Assembly (NCBI GenBank): GCA_964252035.1
Contig: OZ176204.1
DNA length: 64,000 bases
Reading direction: 5' to 3' (one strand)
DNA from: Podarcis erhardii
Taxonomy: Eukaryota
Made by a program: the position numbers and the translations under genes. Positions 12,612 to 25,647 of the stretch are shown one piece after another (position 1 is the stretch's first letter; the number at the start of each line of letters is the position of its first letter). The notes under the pieces are model-generated. The model saw nothing but the letters and a program-made list of their open reading frames with translations. It had not been told where the DNA came from and did not search any database.

Positions 12612-12634
12612 TGCTGCAAAGTGTAGGGGGTCAT

Positions 12635-12850
12635 AAATTAGCCTATCAAAGCCTGTTGGCCATGATAGCTATGGTCCACTTCAACTTTCATAGTTTTCAT
12701 GCCTTTGACTACCAGTTCCTGGGAATCACATTGTGGTGAAGTGTTGTTATGGTCAGGTTCTGCTTTCTGGCTTCTCATGGGCACCTGAGAACAGAGTGCT
12801 GCACTAGATGGATATTTGACCTGATACAGCAAAAGCTTTTCTCATGTTCT
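12635..12850 (+). mobile_element. Decayed CR1 LINE 3' end
   Basis: ...gcactagatggatatttgacctgatacagcaaaagcttttctcatgttct resembles CR1 3' termini. Confidence 0.55.
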
Positions 12851-13975
12851 GTGTCCTGCCCAGCTCATAGACATCTTGGAAAGTGATAGAGAGGTGCCTT
12901 CACAGATCTAGCATTAGCAAAAACTTCACAGGAACTCAGGAGAATCAGGTTGGCCTAAGGGTCCATAGCTCTCAGAAACCATTGTGCAGGCCATTTGAAA
13001 GAAGAGGACTTGATGCCTGACTCCACCTCCAAGGCCAGTTCAGATTCCTCAAGTAAGTAACCAGAATCCACAGCTCTATCATCTTACCAACCACACCAAG
13101 GAACTTTCACTCCCCTCTAAGTTGCTGGAAGATAAGACAGAGAGTGTGCTAGAGGTTACAGTGCTGGTCTCCAAGCCCTTGTGCAAGCTCTCAGTGAGAG
13201 GTGGGCTTTGGGCATTCAGCTTTGCTATTTTGATTCTCAGATGAGCTCAGATCACTGTCAGATCAACAGTTAGCTAGCCTAGGAGCTCTCCCTGGTCCTG
13301 AAGAGCCTGCCTTTGCCACCTGAGACCATTGTGTTTCATATCTGCTTCTGGCTGCTGCATGACTCCTCTTCAAAGTTATTCCCTTCCAAGATTAAGCCAC
13401 TTCAAACATTTTAAAACAGGTGGCATATAAATGTCCACCATTCAATAAACCCATACTTTATTGAGGCCTCCCTCCTATGGACTCACAGGCTGGCAGGAAC
13501 TGGGCAGCCTGCATGAATGGATGGGAGACCTAATTGAATATCAGCTACAAAAACAATCCCATTTTAGAAAGCAAGTTTGATACCATAAAAGCTATTCAAC
13601 TGAAATGAACTGAACAGAGGTTTTGTCTGTGTTTTGTTCTCAAGAATGTTTTTAAGCCAAACATGATACTTGTTATTTAAACCTCTTTCTTATTTTAAAT
13701 GTTTCCTAGCTCCTCTTCAACAGGGATTATAACTGGAGTAGTGGCTTGTTATGAATCACAAGAAGGATTGTTCAGTTCTGCAGTATCAGAACAGGAATAA
13801 AGCCAAGTATAGATCCTATTTTCTGAACTTTTGATAAGGAATATATTTTCTTCTTGGGCGGAAGGAAGGCTGGAGCTAAGAGCAAAGAGCCCTTTTAAGT
13901 GGCCCTGTCCCTTTTTCCAGCCTTTTAGATATGGCAGTCATTTTGCATTGTTCCATGCCTCCATGGTAGCCTTTT

Positions 13976-14997
13976 TGTGACTGGTGTCCATAACATTTCC
14001 CCAGAATTTCAAAAGTACCCACTGTGGCAAACCCACAGTGGATCTATAGAATCGTTATATCATATAATCTTCTGTTGTCCATTACATTCGGCTTCACGGT
14101 CCAAGTTTCTGGCCCCATATTTATCGAGAATTGCTGACGGACCTCAGGATGCCCAAATAATATACCTATTAAACGACGAAGATACAAGTAGATCCCTTGC
14201 AGTCGCTAGATACCTGATTAATGTTTTATTTCAAAAGAGGAGAAATGGAGCACTGTATGACTCTGACAGCTTAGCTAAACTTAAGAACCATTAATAAGTG
14301 CCAGAACCAAGATGCATACCCCCAAAAATCTGATGGATTTGAATTGCGGTTTACATAGAGGGAGCTTATTGTGTATAGTGTTTACTTAACTGAAGTAAAA
14401 TTGGTTTTATATGGGTGTTTTAACTTGGAACTGTTTAAATTGTATTGTTTATGGATAAATTTGGATGTATTGTTTTCGTTATGGGCCAATGGCCGCAATA
14501 AATCTAATCTACCCACTGTGGCGTTTGCATCCTAGGTGGGTCATAAGGAAAGGGTTAAAATGAGTGTGATGTGATTGGCCAGTGGAAGCTGATAGGAGGA
14601 GTTAGGGGGGAGTTGTGTGAAAGTCAGTTGAGAGTGGGGAATTGAAGAAGGAAGAGGGAGGATATAAGTCTGTGGGTTGGTCGAGTTGTGTGGTGAGGGG
14701 GTGAGAGGAATTGTTAGGTGGAGTCAGATAGTTAGTTGGGATGATCAGTTTGAAGTTGTTTGAAACGAATAGGACAGTTAAGGAACTAAGATTAAGAAAC
14801 TGCCAAGAAAGGTTAACTGAAACCATAAGCTTGTTCATGCCTATAAAATAAACTTTATTATTTGTTAATGTTAACAACTGACTAGACTCCATGTGTACCT
14901 GTGAGAAACGGGTTGGTGGCAGGGAAGAAAGCAATGACAGTGGTGGCACAGGGTCAATAGACCATCCAACGTCCTGGGGCCCTGTGTGATCGCCACA
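13976..14997 (+). mobile_element. LTR-like element interrupted by a LINE insertion
   Basis: Termini TGTGAC...GCCACA; purine-rich body; AATAAA near 14847; split by the 14029-14509 insertion. Confidence 0.45.
14029..14509 (+). mobile_element. 5'-truncated non-LTR retrotransposon (RTE-X-like; family inferred) with 13-bp TSD
   Basis: Encodes SIESLYHIIFCCPLHSASRSKFL (E-x3-H-x4-CP-x5-R knuckle typical of non-LTR ORF2 ends). AATAAA at 14497-14502 plus short TCTAA tail. TACCCACTGTGGC at 14016-14028 and 14510-14522. Confidence 0.75.
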
Positions 14998-17747
14998 CCC
15001 ACCAACCCTAAAAGGGTTAGCAACTTGATTTAAAGTTGGCATTCCTGGAAAGGAAAACAATACATAGGTGCACAACTGCATAACAACAACAACTGGAATA
15101 TGTAAAAAAGGAAATTTCCAAGGCGAACTTTTTTTGAAGTGCAGATATGTAATTACTTTTTCTGATTTGATCAGCAAACTACTTAAAGTCTGTTGGCATG
15201 CATTTCCTTATTAGCAGATTAGTTACAGCTTCTCCCACTCAAAGCTGATGGGTGATGGGTATGCAGCAATAAATAAGACCTTTAAGTGGATTTAAAATCC
15301 ACTGTAATGAAATAAAAGTTGCACGTTGAACTGTGAGTGGGTTCTTTAACTAACCCAGAAATGGAGATTCCTGTCATCAGATAGTTCTGCATTAAGCAGG
15401 ATCATTAATGCTAAAGTACAAACTCCTTCTCTCTTATGTGTAAATGACAAAACAGAGATAAGTTTAACACTGTTTAGTTAAACGTTCTTTCGTCTTCCTA
15501 AGCAAGACAGTTGGGATCGCAAGTTCTTATATATAGTTACTCATCAGAGATGAAAGACAATCAGCCCCAGCACCTGCAATTAAAATAAATGTTCTCTTTC
15601 TCTCTCTCTTTTAATGTTTTATTTCTATTTCCCCATTTATTTATTTATTTATTTATTTATTTTATTTTTAAAGCTCTTCTAATCTAGACTACTCCATTGC
15701 AGTGCTGTTATGGCTCACTGCATTTTACATCCACTTGCAGACAAATTAAAGGGGCAGTCCTACACACACATTTACCAGGGGGTAAACCAGCCTTGCAGTT
15801 AAGCCCATAAAAGTTACTGTCTTGCAAAGAAGAAGACAGTGAAGAAGAAGAAGAAGAAGAAGATAATAGTGTTCTTCTTCATAGTTTATCAGGGATACAG
15901 GGATGGAGGGCTCAGACTGTTCTGCAGCTTTACATTTGTATGCCAAGGGTAAAGGATTCCTCCACCACACTACTCATCCAAGTAATTGCTTGTTGTCTTT
16001 TGTTACCAGACTAGCACTTAATGCATAGTTGGAGCACATGGCACTGAATGCTATGGGATGTAAATATGAAAGGGCTTGTGCTATACATGTGGCAATTAAA
16101 ATAAAACTGGAAATGCCTACCCTTTTATTCACATCTTTCACACACTTCCTGAAAACTAACTTTGGGATCTTTGCAAGCAATATTTTTTTTAAAAAAAAAA
16201 ACCAAACAAACAAAACACAAAACAAACAGGGACTATGTGGGTCAGAAATTGAATTCAGCTCAGCAACATGCCAGAGTGTTCTAAAGTTTCATCAATGTTA
16301 CACCATTTCCTTAATAAAAGACGCATCCAGCTATTTCACTCAAGCATAGTAGGGCTGGAATTAAGAGTTGCCATTGTGGGGCACCTGCCTAGGACTTGTC
16401 CTTGCCAAGCATCTTCTGATGACCCTCACCCCAAACCAAGCTTCTTGGCGCTCCTCTTTGCTTTCACTGTCCCCCCCCCCCTATACGTAAGTGAGAAGAT
16501 GGATCAATAGCCTTCCTGTGCTTTGCATGCTCTCTCTGAGTGGTTGCACAAGTTGGGTCCACAGGGCAAGGAAATGGGCAGCAATGATGAGGGCAAGGAG
16601 GACATGGGTCCATTCAGAATAGACCTTCCTATGCAGCCTTACATGAGAATTTCCCACTGTGCTTGCTTCTGAGTAGACATGCCCAGGATTATGCTACCAG
16701 TATCTGAAGAAGTCCCTGGTTCATAATGCCACTGTAGCTGTGAACTCTCTCCAGAAGGTCTCACATAAACTAGTGGCTTCTTCAAGCCTTAGTCCCGGGT
16801 TAGCAGTGTATGAATAATAATTCCTTTGCAAGGATAACTGAGATAATGTATTTGAGGCACACTGAACACTTGAAATACGCTATATAAATGCTAAGTATTT
16901 ATTAAATGAAAGGGGAAGTGATCATGAGGCCCTGGGTGGTATTAGATATGAACAGTATGACCAGCTGAAGTAATAAGAGATCTTGAAGGTCAACAGATTG
17001 AGATGCAAAGCTGCTGCTGGTTTTTTGTTATTTGCCGGGTAGGCCTGAAACATTTCAAAACCAATTTATTTTTAATGTTCAGCTGCTCTCCCCCTTGGGT
17101 GTCCAACCAGATTCTGATCACTTTCACAGCTGAAAATAGGGGAGGAGGGAAATTGAGCTGGACAAAAACTGAAAAAAATGGGTATTGCTGCGGTGAGCAG
17201 GATCTGTGGCACTGAGATGAGGCAGCAGTTATTAGGAGGTGGGGTATCATGTTGAAATGGTTCTCAAGCAAAATTAGATGCTGACCCAGTTTCTAAAGGG
17301 TTTTGGTTATGACATCATCACTGAAAGTTTCCAACAATTTTATAGCTGAAGCTATAAATGGGAGATTCTTCTCATTTCCTACCTTTGCACTTTGAAATAT
17401 TGGCTATATTTTGTGAACTCCAAAATGGTCTTGGGCAAAACTAAGTTATTGTCCTGGCACTTAATATGGCCTAAATTCCTCCACTTATCTAAGAGAACAA
17501 AGTGTCATTTCCAGTACCAGCTTAATCATAATAAACTGATATTTGGCAGATCCATTGGATCATAATTTCACAAACTACATTGCCAATAAAACTGGGGTGA
17601 AAAGTCCTTTTAAAAGTCGTGAGAATTTTATTCTAACTTCTTTCAAATTAATTTTTCTTTTTGAGTTTCTGACATATACTATCTAGTATAACACTAGATA
17701 TAACCCCTCCAAATGTACTAGATTCTTGAGAATACACGAGAGCTTCC

Positions 17748-18050
17748 CAGAGGCATATCGTGGGGGGTCTGTGGCCCTGGGTACAATTTTGCGAGGGGAT
17801 GCGAATAGACGCCCCCACAACAGGCTCCTTCATTGGAGCTTGGTCCCCAGTGAGAAGGAGCTGCACTTTGGCTGCAGTGCTCATGCCTGGCTGCAACTCT
17901 GCTCCTGGGTCAGACCTGACCCAGTGGTGGAGAGCAGGAGGAGAGTGGGCAGCAGCTTCATCATCCCTCTCCTCCCCTGGACTGTGACACCCAAGAGGGT
18001 ACCCTTCTCCCCCCCATGGGGGCGCACCCCAGCCACCCGCCCTGGACAGC
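17748..18050. mobile_element. GC-rich non-autonomous DNA transposon relic
   Basis: Starts CAGAGGCATATCGTGGGGGG and ends in a GGGGGCGCACCCC-type segment, as in reptile GC-rich TIR elements. The overlapping ORFs resemble no known protein. Confidence 0.4.
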
Positions 18051-18200
18051 ATGGGCATATGCTTCCCTGCTGGAGCTTCCCTTGTGAGCACACAAGAAGA
18101 GCCCAGCTAGATTAGATAAAGGTCCATCTAGTCCATCATTCTCTTTCCACCAGTTAATTCTGGAAAGCTTAAAAGCAAGACATGAGATCAACAGCTATTC

Positions 18201-18245
<45 letters not shown>

Positions 18246-18790
18246 TTATTTATACCCAGCCACCATCTGGCTGAGTTTCCCCAGCCACTCTGGGCGGCTC
18301 CCAATCGAGTGTTAAAATCAATACAGCATTAAATATTAAAAACTTCCCTAAACAGGGCTGCCTTCAGATGTCTTTTAAAAATAAGATAGCTGCCTATTTC
18401 CTTGACATCTGAAGGGAGGGTGTTCCACAGGGTGGGTGCCACTACCGAGAAGGCCCTCTGTTTGGTTCCCTGTAACCTCACTTCTCGCAATGAGGGAACC
18501 GCCAGAAGGCCCTCGGTGCTGGATCTCAGTGTCCAGGCAGAATAATGGGGGTGGGGACGCTCCTTCAGGTATACAGGACCAAGGCGGTCAGCACCAACAC
18601 ACTGAATTGTGCTCAGAAATGTACTCGGAGCCAATGCAGATCTCTCAGGATCGGTGTTGTGTGGTCCCGGCGGCCACTCCCAGTCACCAGTCTAGCTGCC
18701 GCATTCTGGATTAATTGCAGTTTCCGGGTCACCTTCAAAGGTAGCCCCACGTAGAGTGCATTGCAGTAGTCCAAGTGGGAGATAACTAGA
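18201..18790 (-). mobile_element. L2 LINE 3' fragment
   Basis: ORF 18329-18634 (-) reads ...GTKQRAFSVVAPTLWNTLPSDVKEIGSYLIFKRHLKAALFREVFNI. (AAT)n tail at 18201-18245. Confidence 0.9.
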
Positions 18791-19171
18791 GAGAATTATT
18801 CTCTTTTGTTTGTCATCAGAAATTTACTTCTCCTAAGAATGGAGAGTCCACTTAACATGTCTAATAATTGTTGATGGACCCACCTTCCATGTACTTCTTT
18901 CTGGCATAGCTCCTGTGCTTCCAGTAGCAGCCAGTAACAGGTAAATTATGTGTGAACAAATAAAACTGCTCTGCCATTTCTTTTCCAGTTTTCAGTGTCA
19001 AAGTGTGTGGTTTTTTTTTTTTTTTTATTTAGAGACTGCTCTTCTCATGAGGTTCAAAAAGATCACAGGAAGTTCAGAAAGTTAGCCAAGGAAACTGAAC
19101 CTTAAGAGAGAAGAGTAAACCTAGCTTGAAGCAAGTGTCTACTGCCCTTCTGACTGGTCAAGAGGTTGGGA

Positions 19172-19499
19172 CAGATCCTCAAAGTGTCTCTATTTTCCAG
19201 GGATGTCCCTGATTTAGATAAGCCACCCCGGTTTCTGATTTGATCCTGGAATGTCCCACTTTTCCTTAGGATATCCCCATTTTCATTGGATAAATGTTGG
19301 AGGGTATGGAGTTACCTGATCCCTGAGCCATCTGAAAGCAATCCTGTATAGGGAAGTTTTTAAATGTTTTATTATGTTTTTATATATGTTGGAAGCTGTC
19401 CAGAGTGCCTGAGCAACCCAATAAGATGTGTATAAATAATATTATATCATTATGGAATGGGATATCCCTATTTTCATCAGAGAAATGTTGGAAGGTATG
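19172..19499 (+). mobile_element. Composite TIR element containing an L2-derived 3' tail
   Basis: Two internal copies of CC(T/C)ATTTTCAT..GA.AAATGTTGGA.GGTATG bracket an L2-like 3'UTR. TTGGGA flanks both ends (19166-19171, 19500-19505). Same architecture at 55531-55733. Confidence 0.65.
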
Positions 19500-20695
19500 T
19501 TGGGATGCAGCATTGGAGTAATGTGTATAAATGAGGGAGGCAGAGAGGTAGAAAAAGCTGGAAACCAGAATGAAAAGCCAGAATGAAAAATGCTGCAGAG
19601 GATCCAGATTCCAGGGACAACAGAGACAGAGCTGAAAACAAGTAGCCTGGAAACTGCACTGCCAAAGAACTAGGATGAGCTGAAAGAAAATAATATCTTG
19701 CTAGCTTTTTCTGGAGTTGAGAAACCATCTAGGCTATGTTTAGATAGATGTGTTTTTCCATATTCATTCCAGGTTCTAATTGTTCTTAGGGCCTTTCTGC
19801 ATTCACAATTTTTAGTGGAATTGTTGCTAGGCTTTTTGATATGTGGCAATGTCATTATTCTGCTAGTATTCTGAAATAACGTACTCAAAATCTGCCTTTT
19901 CTCTACTGCATTTAAAAAAAAACTTTTGTGAAAGATCTAGACTGGATCCTCAATATGTTCATCTGTGTAGAAGGTGTACAAGTGTTGTCCTTGTTTCTGT
20001 GAGCAGGGGGTGGACCGGGTGGGGTTCATGGTTTGGGAGACAACTGCTTCGCATCACCACCCTCTGATCAGGGCAAGCTGCCATTTTGCAAGCTCAATTC
20101 AGAGGAGAGATATGGCAGATAGAGACATTGGTGCTGGAAGGTGCAGATCAAGTCAGTCTATATGATGTATTATATTAGAATTTGTATATATCATATTCGT
20201 CAAGCATTCCGACACGGCAGTACAGTCATCTCACAATGCTTTCAACCAGTTCATCATGAGGTCTACGTCTCTTAGCATGCTTAAAATAAGACGGGTGTTT
20301 CATATCACCTCCTTTAAAAGCACATTTTCCTTGAACACATTCATCTCATTTTGAACAGTGTCAGCATTCATTTTATAGCTGGGGGTTTCAGCGATAGACT
20401 AGTTGACTAGTTCCTGTGGAGAATAACAGAGACAGCAATCTTTTTGCTCTTGCTGGGTTAGATATGAAGTTTCTGGAAAGAAATAGCCTTGGAAAATAAA
20501 CTAGTGGTCATGAATAGAAATGAGTTATGTATGCACCATACAGTTCTTTTCAAATTATCAGCAAACAAATAAAAGCCAGTTCCCTGTTATGAAGATTGTC
20601 TAATCTGATATCATGCGGTTTCCCTCAGTCTTTGTGGATGGCAACAAGTTTTAGGCTGGTTTCAATAAGAGTTTTTCACAGCACAACGTATACAG

Positions 20696-21190
20696 CAGAC
20701 TTCCCTGACCTGCTGACCTCCAGATGTTTGGGACTACAGTTCTCATCACCCCTGAACATTGGTCATACTCTCTGAGGCTGGTGGTAATTGTACAGTAGTG
20801 GCCAAAATTGTGGAAACCTTTTGGGAAAAGTGCATTTCTGAGGTTTGATGGCTCATAACACCACTCTTTTTTGGAGTAACACCATAAAATTATATATCAA
20901 TGGAAAGATAATTTAATGCAGGATGTAATGCAACAAAGTTTGTTCAATTATCTGTATTCTATCAAAAGTTATAGCCAAATAGCCAGAAAAAGGAAGCACA
21001 ACTTGCATAGGTTGATATGCAGTAACTTTCCTTCATTTGAATGTAGCCAATGAGCATGAGTGTTTAGAGAGCCAATCAGGTGTTATGAGCCATCCAACCT
21101 CGGAAATAGACTTTCCCCAAAAGGTTTCCACAATTTTGGCCACTAGTGTAAACCAAAACATCTGGAGGGTCCTGGGCTTGGGGGATATTG
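20696..21190. mobile_element. Palindromic hAT-like MITE split by a Tc1-like MITE
   Basis: Left half (CTCCAGATGTTTGGGACTACA...) at 20696-20792 and right half (AACCAAAACATCTGGAGG) from 21151 match the two halves of the 8628-8763 family. Confidence 0.65.
20793..21148. mobile_element. Tc1/mariner MITE with ~70-bp TIRs and TA TSD
   Basis: TA|CAGTAGTGGCCAAAATTGTGGAAACCTTTT ... AAAAGGTTTCCACAATTTTGGCCACTAGTG|TA. Confidence 0.9.
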
Positions 21191-21191
21191 C

Positions 21192-21383
21192 TAGGAAAAT
21201 AGGAATCTGCCTTAGACTGAGTCAGACGATTGGTCCATCTTACTCAGTATTTACATTGACCGGAAAGTGGCTCTCCAGAGTTTCAGGCAGAAGTCCTTCC
21301 CATCCCTAGCTGGACATACCAGTGCTTGAACTTGGGACCTTCTGCATGCAAGGAAAGATGCTCTGCCACTGAGCCACAGCCCC
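21192..21383 (-). mobile_element. tRNA-head / CR1-tail SINE
   Basis: Minus strand: GGGGCTGTGGCTCAGTGGCAGAGCATC...GCATGCAGAAGGTCCCAAGTTCAAG, then a CR1-like tail. Related copies at 26529-26710 and 51147-51289. Confidence 0.7.
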
Positions 21384-22182
21384 ATAGGATTTGATGCCAC
21401 CACAGTATTCTGTTGTCTTGTAATGCTGGAGGCTAAATTTCAAAACTAGCATTGTGATGTGGTTGGGGCCACAACAGTTTCTAATTCCAGTTGAAAGGGA
21501 GCTAGGCAAATGGATGGTTTATAGATTCATCTCTTAGAAAGAACAGCTAAACGGGAAGCAACTTCTGCATGTGGATGTTCCTCATTGGACAATGGTGGGT
21601 ATAAATGGGTAAATAAAGGGCATGTGCCTCTACACAGAGATCCGGCTATTAGTATTGGAGCATTTCTGATTTACGTTTAAATCTCAGAAGGGTAAACAGT
21701 GCATGGCAAATTCCAAGAAACATACCAAGCTCGGCTTAATCAGCATTCCCCTGGGGGTTCAGCACTAACAATCTATAATGAGCCTGGACGATTTAAACTG
21801 GATATGATGAATGCAAACTACACTAAACCTTTCTGTAAGGAAAATTGATACAAGCTGTCACACATCACGAGCCGATTTACATGCAGATTTGGGTGCTGGC
21901 TCTCCTTTACTGTCCTTAAGCCTTTCAAATGTATTTTGAGACACAATATTCCTCCAATTTGTGTGTGTGTGTGTGTAATCTCTTTAAATCAGAGTGAAAT
22001 TTACATGATCTTTACTTCTTTTTTAAAAAAGAAAAAATGTAACAAAGAAAATAGCTGTCAAGGGCAGAGTCAGAGCTTTTTTTCCACTGGAACTCACTGG
22101 AACTCAGTTCTGGCACCTCTCAGGTAGGCACCATTGCCATTATAAAAAAGTAAGGGAGGTGTTCTAAAAAAATAGCACTGGG

Positions 22183-22183
<1 letters not shown>

Positions 22184-22218
<35 letters not shown>
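22184..22218. repeat. (GT)n microsatellite
   Basis: Direct reading. Confidence 0.95.
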
Positions 22219-22220
<2 letters not shown>

Positions 22221-22382
22221 GCAGAGGAACTGCCATATCCATAGTGCTGTCAGATTCTGCAGCCAGGTTGTAGGGTGAAAGGAGGGACACAGATTTTTTT
22301 TTAAAATCTTCCTTTCCCTTGAGTTTGGCCCTTTTTGAATTTATGTTGGGCAAAGAGGGTGTTTAGTGTCCTTGCAGTTCCA

Positions 22383-22776
22383 TGTCTGCCACAGAACAGA
22401 GCCAGTCCAGCCATGGGGCAGAGTGAAGCAGGCACCTCAGGTAGCATAAGCACAAGAGGCAGTGCCCTTTTGAGCACCCCACCCATCCCACTGCTTCTGC
22501 CACCACTGGAGAAGCAACCCAGGTAAGGAAGACTTGGGGGGTAGCAGAGCAGCCAATTTTCCACTGCCCAGCATTGTTGCTTCTCTCCCCCTCCCTGAGG
22601 GGTGGAGGGAGATCAGCAGCAAAGCCTTGCAGAACACCTCCTTCTTGCCAAGTCTCGGGGAGAAAGAGGTATTCCAGAGGCATTCCCCACCCCTGACCCA
22701 ACAGCAAGGCTTTGCAAGGGCTATTCCTTGAGGGAAAGCCTTTGCAGAGCCTCACGTCCCATCTTCCCATATCACA
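22383..22776 (-). mobile_element. LTR-like element (TGT...ACA termini)
   Basis: Termini TGTCTG ... ATCACA; GC- and purine-skewed body producing several spurious overlapping ORFs; boundaries approximate. Confidence 0.35.
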
Positions 22777-24636
22777 GGGGTGGGAGCTTGGCATTTTGCC
22801 TCAGGCACTAAAATGTCTTGGGCCACAGATGTCCCAGTTTTGGTGCCCATCACTAATAGAACTGTCAACCTCCAGCAGGAGGAGATTTCTATCCCCAGAG
22901 CTTTCCTTATGCATACAAAGGGTTTTCAATTGCTTAAATGGCATCCCACCAGTGGATTTCCGCCTCCGCCAGCAGAGATTTTTGCTCTTTCCTGTGTCTC
23001 CTCAGCTGCCTTTCCGCCATCTCTAGAACTGTCCTCTCAAACTTAGTATTTTCTTGAAGTGCCTCTCTCCCTAAAACTCACATATATGTACAAATGAACA
23101 AACTGGCAGTGGTGCTGGTGGGGTGAAGTAAAATGTTTTACTCTCTTAAAAAAAGGAAAGGTCACAATACTATATATATATATATATTCCTGAATGGGAA
23201 ATATTATCTGTGGATGGCTCCCTGACAATTTAAGGATCGGAATGTAAGCTGAAGTTCAGCATTCATTAGCTACCACTGGAAAGCAAAGCAAAGCAGCATA
23301 AGCCATTAAAATGGTCAAGGGCTACTTAAAAACCATTACTGGCCGGATGCACTTAGAGCCCACTCCCAATCAATCTATTTCCTTGTGATGTGCACTTGCG
23401 TGTGCAGTTTCCATAGCTATGATGTGGGCCCACGTGCACCCAGGAGCAGCTTGGACAATTTCCCCCTGTTCTAGATTTGAAAAATAAAAATAAAATAAAT
23501 TATCACATTTAGTTGTCTGCAGTGGGAGAGTACTTCCTCCTTCAGCCCCCCCCCCCCATTACAGCCCTTTCCCTTATCCATCCAAGTGGTAGAGTGAATA
23601 GCAAGGACAATTAATCAGGTGCATTGAGGGGAAAGGGACTGCAATTGGGGTATCTGCACATATTTTTCTTAATTACCATTTTGCTCCTTAATCTCAACAA
23701 GAAGCAACAACACACACACACACACACACATTTCACTAAGATTTATATGCAATCATTATAAACATTTTTTAGCATAATAATTATGCACATATACACTGCA
23801 GTTTCACTGGAGGTGGTTCTGATTGATTAGGTTATATAATTCCATGTATAAATCTGTTTAAAACAGATTCCGGCTCCAGTCCTAATTGGGAAAATGGGAA
23901 CAATTGTCCCAGGCATGTTTTCTCGTGAGGCTAAAGCAGCAGCAGTGAATGGGGATTATGCTTCCCCAGAAGATTCACTGGAATTCTGACACACCAAGTG
24001 GTTGTCTGTAGTGGCTAATGGTTGGATCGGCTTTGCACATCTATGAGAGACGGTAGTGGTAAAGGAGAGGGGAAGGGAGGGAAGGGGGACTGTTAGACTC
24101 AAGATACTAAGGGAATTTGCTCTTTCAAATTCCAGTGCAAGCTGACTTGATCTCCACATCCCAGGCAAATGTGCAAATTGAAATTGAGGGATGCAAACAT
24201 AACCTTGGTCACTGCCCAGCAGAGTTTAATGGAGCTGTGGGGCCACTGCTACATCTGCTACCCAGGTGGGCCAGCTAGGACAAAATGTAGGGGGCAGGCA
24301 GATTGCTGTACAAGCCTGGATTGGACCTGATGCCATCACATGATGTCAGCAAGACTGTTGGCAGCAGGGAGCCCTCCTGTGGCACACATACTCCCCTGCA
24401 TATTCAGCAAGTGGAAAGGTGGTGCTGCACTAGCAGGGTGACACTGGCATTACTTTGCAGGCAATCCACACCTCAGCCCAGCACAAGAGGGGGTGGATTG
24501 CTCTTCCACTTTTTAAAACCCAATGGCATTTGCACCTTTTTATTTTTTTAATCCAATGACATTTGCACATGCCAAATGTTCCAGTGAAATTCTTGGCTCA
24601 GAAACCATATCAAAATTAGTTTTTTAAATGAGGGGT

Positions 24637-24674
<38 letters not shown>

Positions 24675-25595
24675 AAAAAAAATATATGAGTAGTTAAATA
24701 TGTGTTTAAATGTGTAGGTCTTTTAGCAGATGGAAAGAATAATAATGAATTTGTAGATTAATGTGTAAATGGGACAGAGTGGACCCAGTGGAGGGCACAT
24801 CAGAAAGTGGCAGAGACCAGAAAAAGACTGATTCACCCGTCCCTACCATTTGGCATGAGTGGCTATGGCCGTCTTTGATAAAGAGCATCTGGGAAGGAGC
24901 ACTGCTTCTATTTGCAGAACTGTTTATTGGTCTAGCTTTATTTCTTGGCTGGCAAAGATAAACTCATTACAAGAAGGAATGTCTCATTTCCTGTGCTGGC
25001 TCCCAGGATGCAGTAGGGCTTTTACCATTAATACTGTTATTTGTACTTACAGAGGTGCACCATAGTTCTCTCTCCAACTCTCCCCGCCCCCTTCCCCTGT
25101 ACTTGCTGTAGCTATAATGGTTCATTATAATATTACACTGTTGCAAGTTAGTTATGGTTACTCTTAGATGGCATGGCAGTGAACCAGTGCTGCTACTTGC
25201 TCAGAGATGCAATCAGAGAAGCAAAATATTCCAGTTCAAATGCAGTTTGAATGCAGCCATTTGGATGCCAACCGAATGCTAGGAAAAGATTGTTTGCCCC
25301 ATCGAAAAACAAAGGGAGAATACTTCTCCCTATTTACATTATGGTCCTGTCCCCAAAATGGTGGGTTTCAAATGGGAAAAGGAAGTGAGGTCTACTAGGT
25401 ATATCTCTAGTCTTTGCTTAGCTTTATGGGAGACCTGCCTGGACATAGACTTTTAGCAGTATTAGTGGCAGTGCCACTTCTGCAAATTTTTTTCATTTAT
25501 GAATTTCATCCTATGAAGCATCTCAAAGTGATTTCATATATGAAACTATTGCATCTATAAAAACAATTAAAAGTTACATATATAAAAAGAACTAC

Positions 25596-25630
<35 letters not shown>

Positions 25631-25647
25631 CATCATCTATCATCTAT
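25596..25647. repeat. (TATC)n / (CAT)n compound microsatellite
   Basis: Direct reading. Confidence 0.9.

Noticed and set aside
14602-15177. 191-aa minus-strand ORF
   Set aside because: Antisense reading of a purine-rich LTR-like element; S/P/T/L bias reflects composition only.
17648-18191. Cluster of overlapping GC-rich ORFs
   Set aside because: Explained by a GC-rich transposon relic; no frame resembles a known protein.
21330-21383. tRNA-like sequences here and near 11125, 26680, 33000, 51150 and 58250
   Set aside because: SINE heads with degenerate A/B boxes and no full cloverleaf; not tRNA genes.
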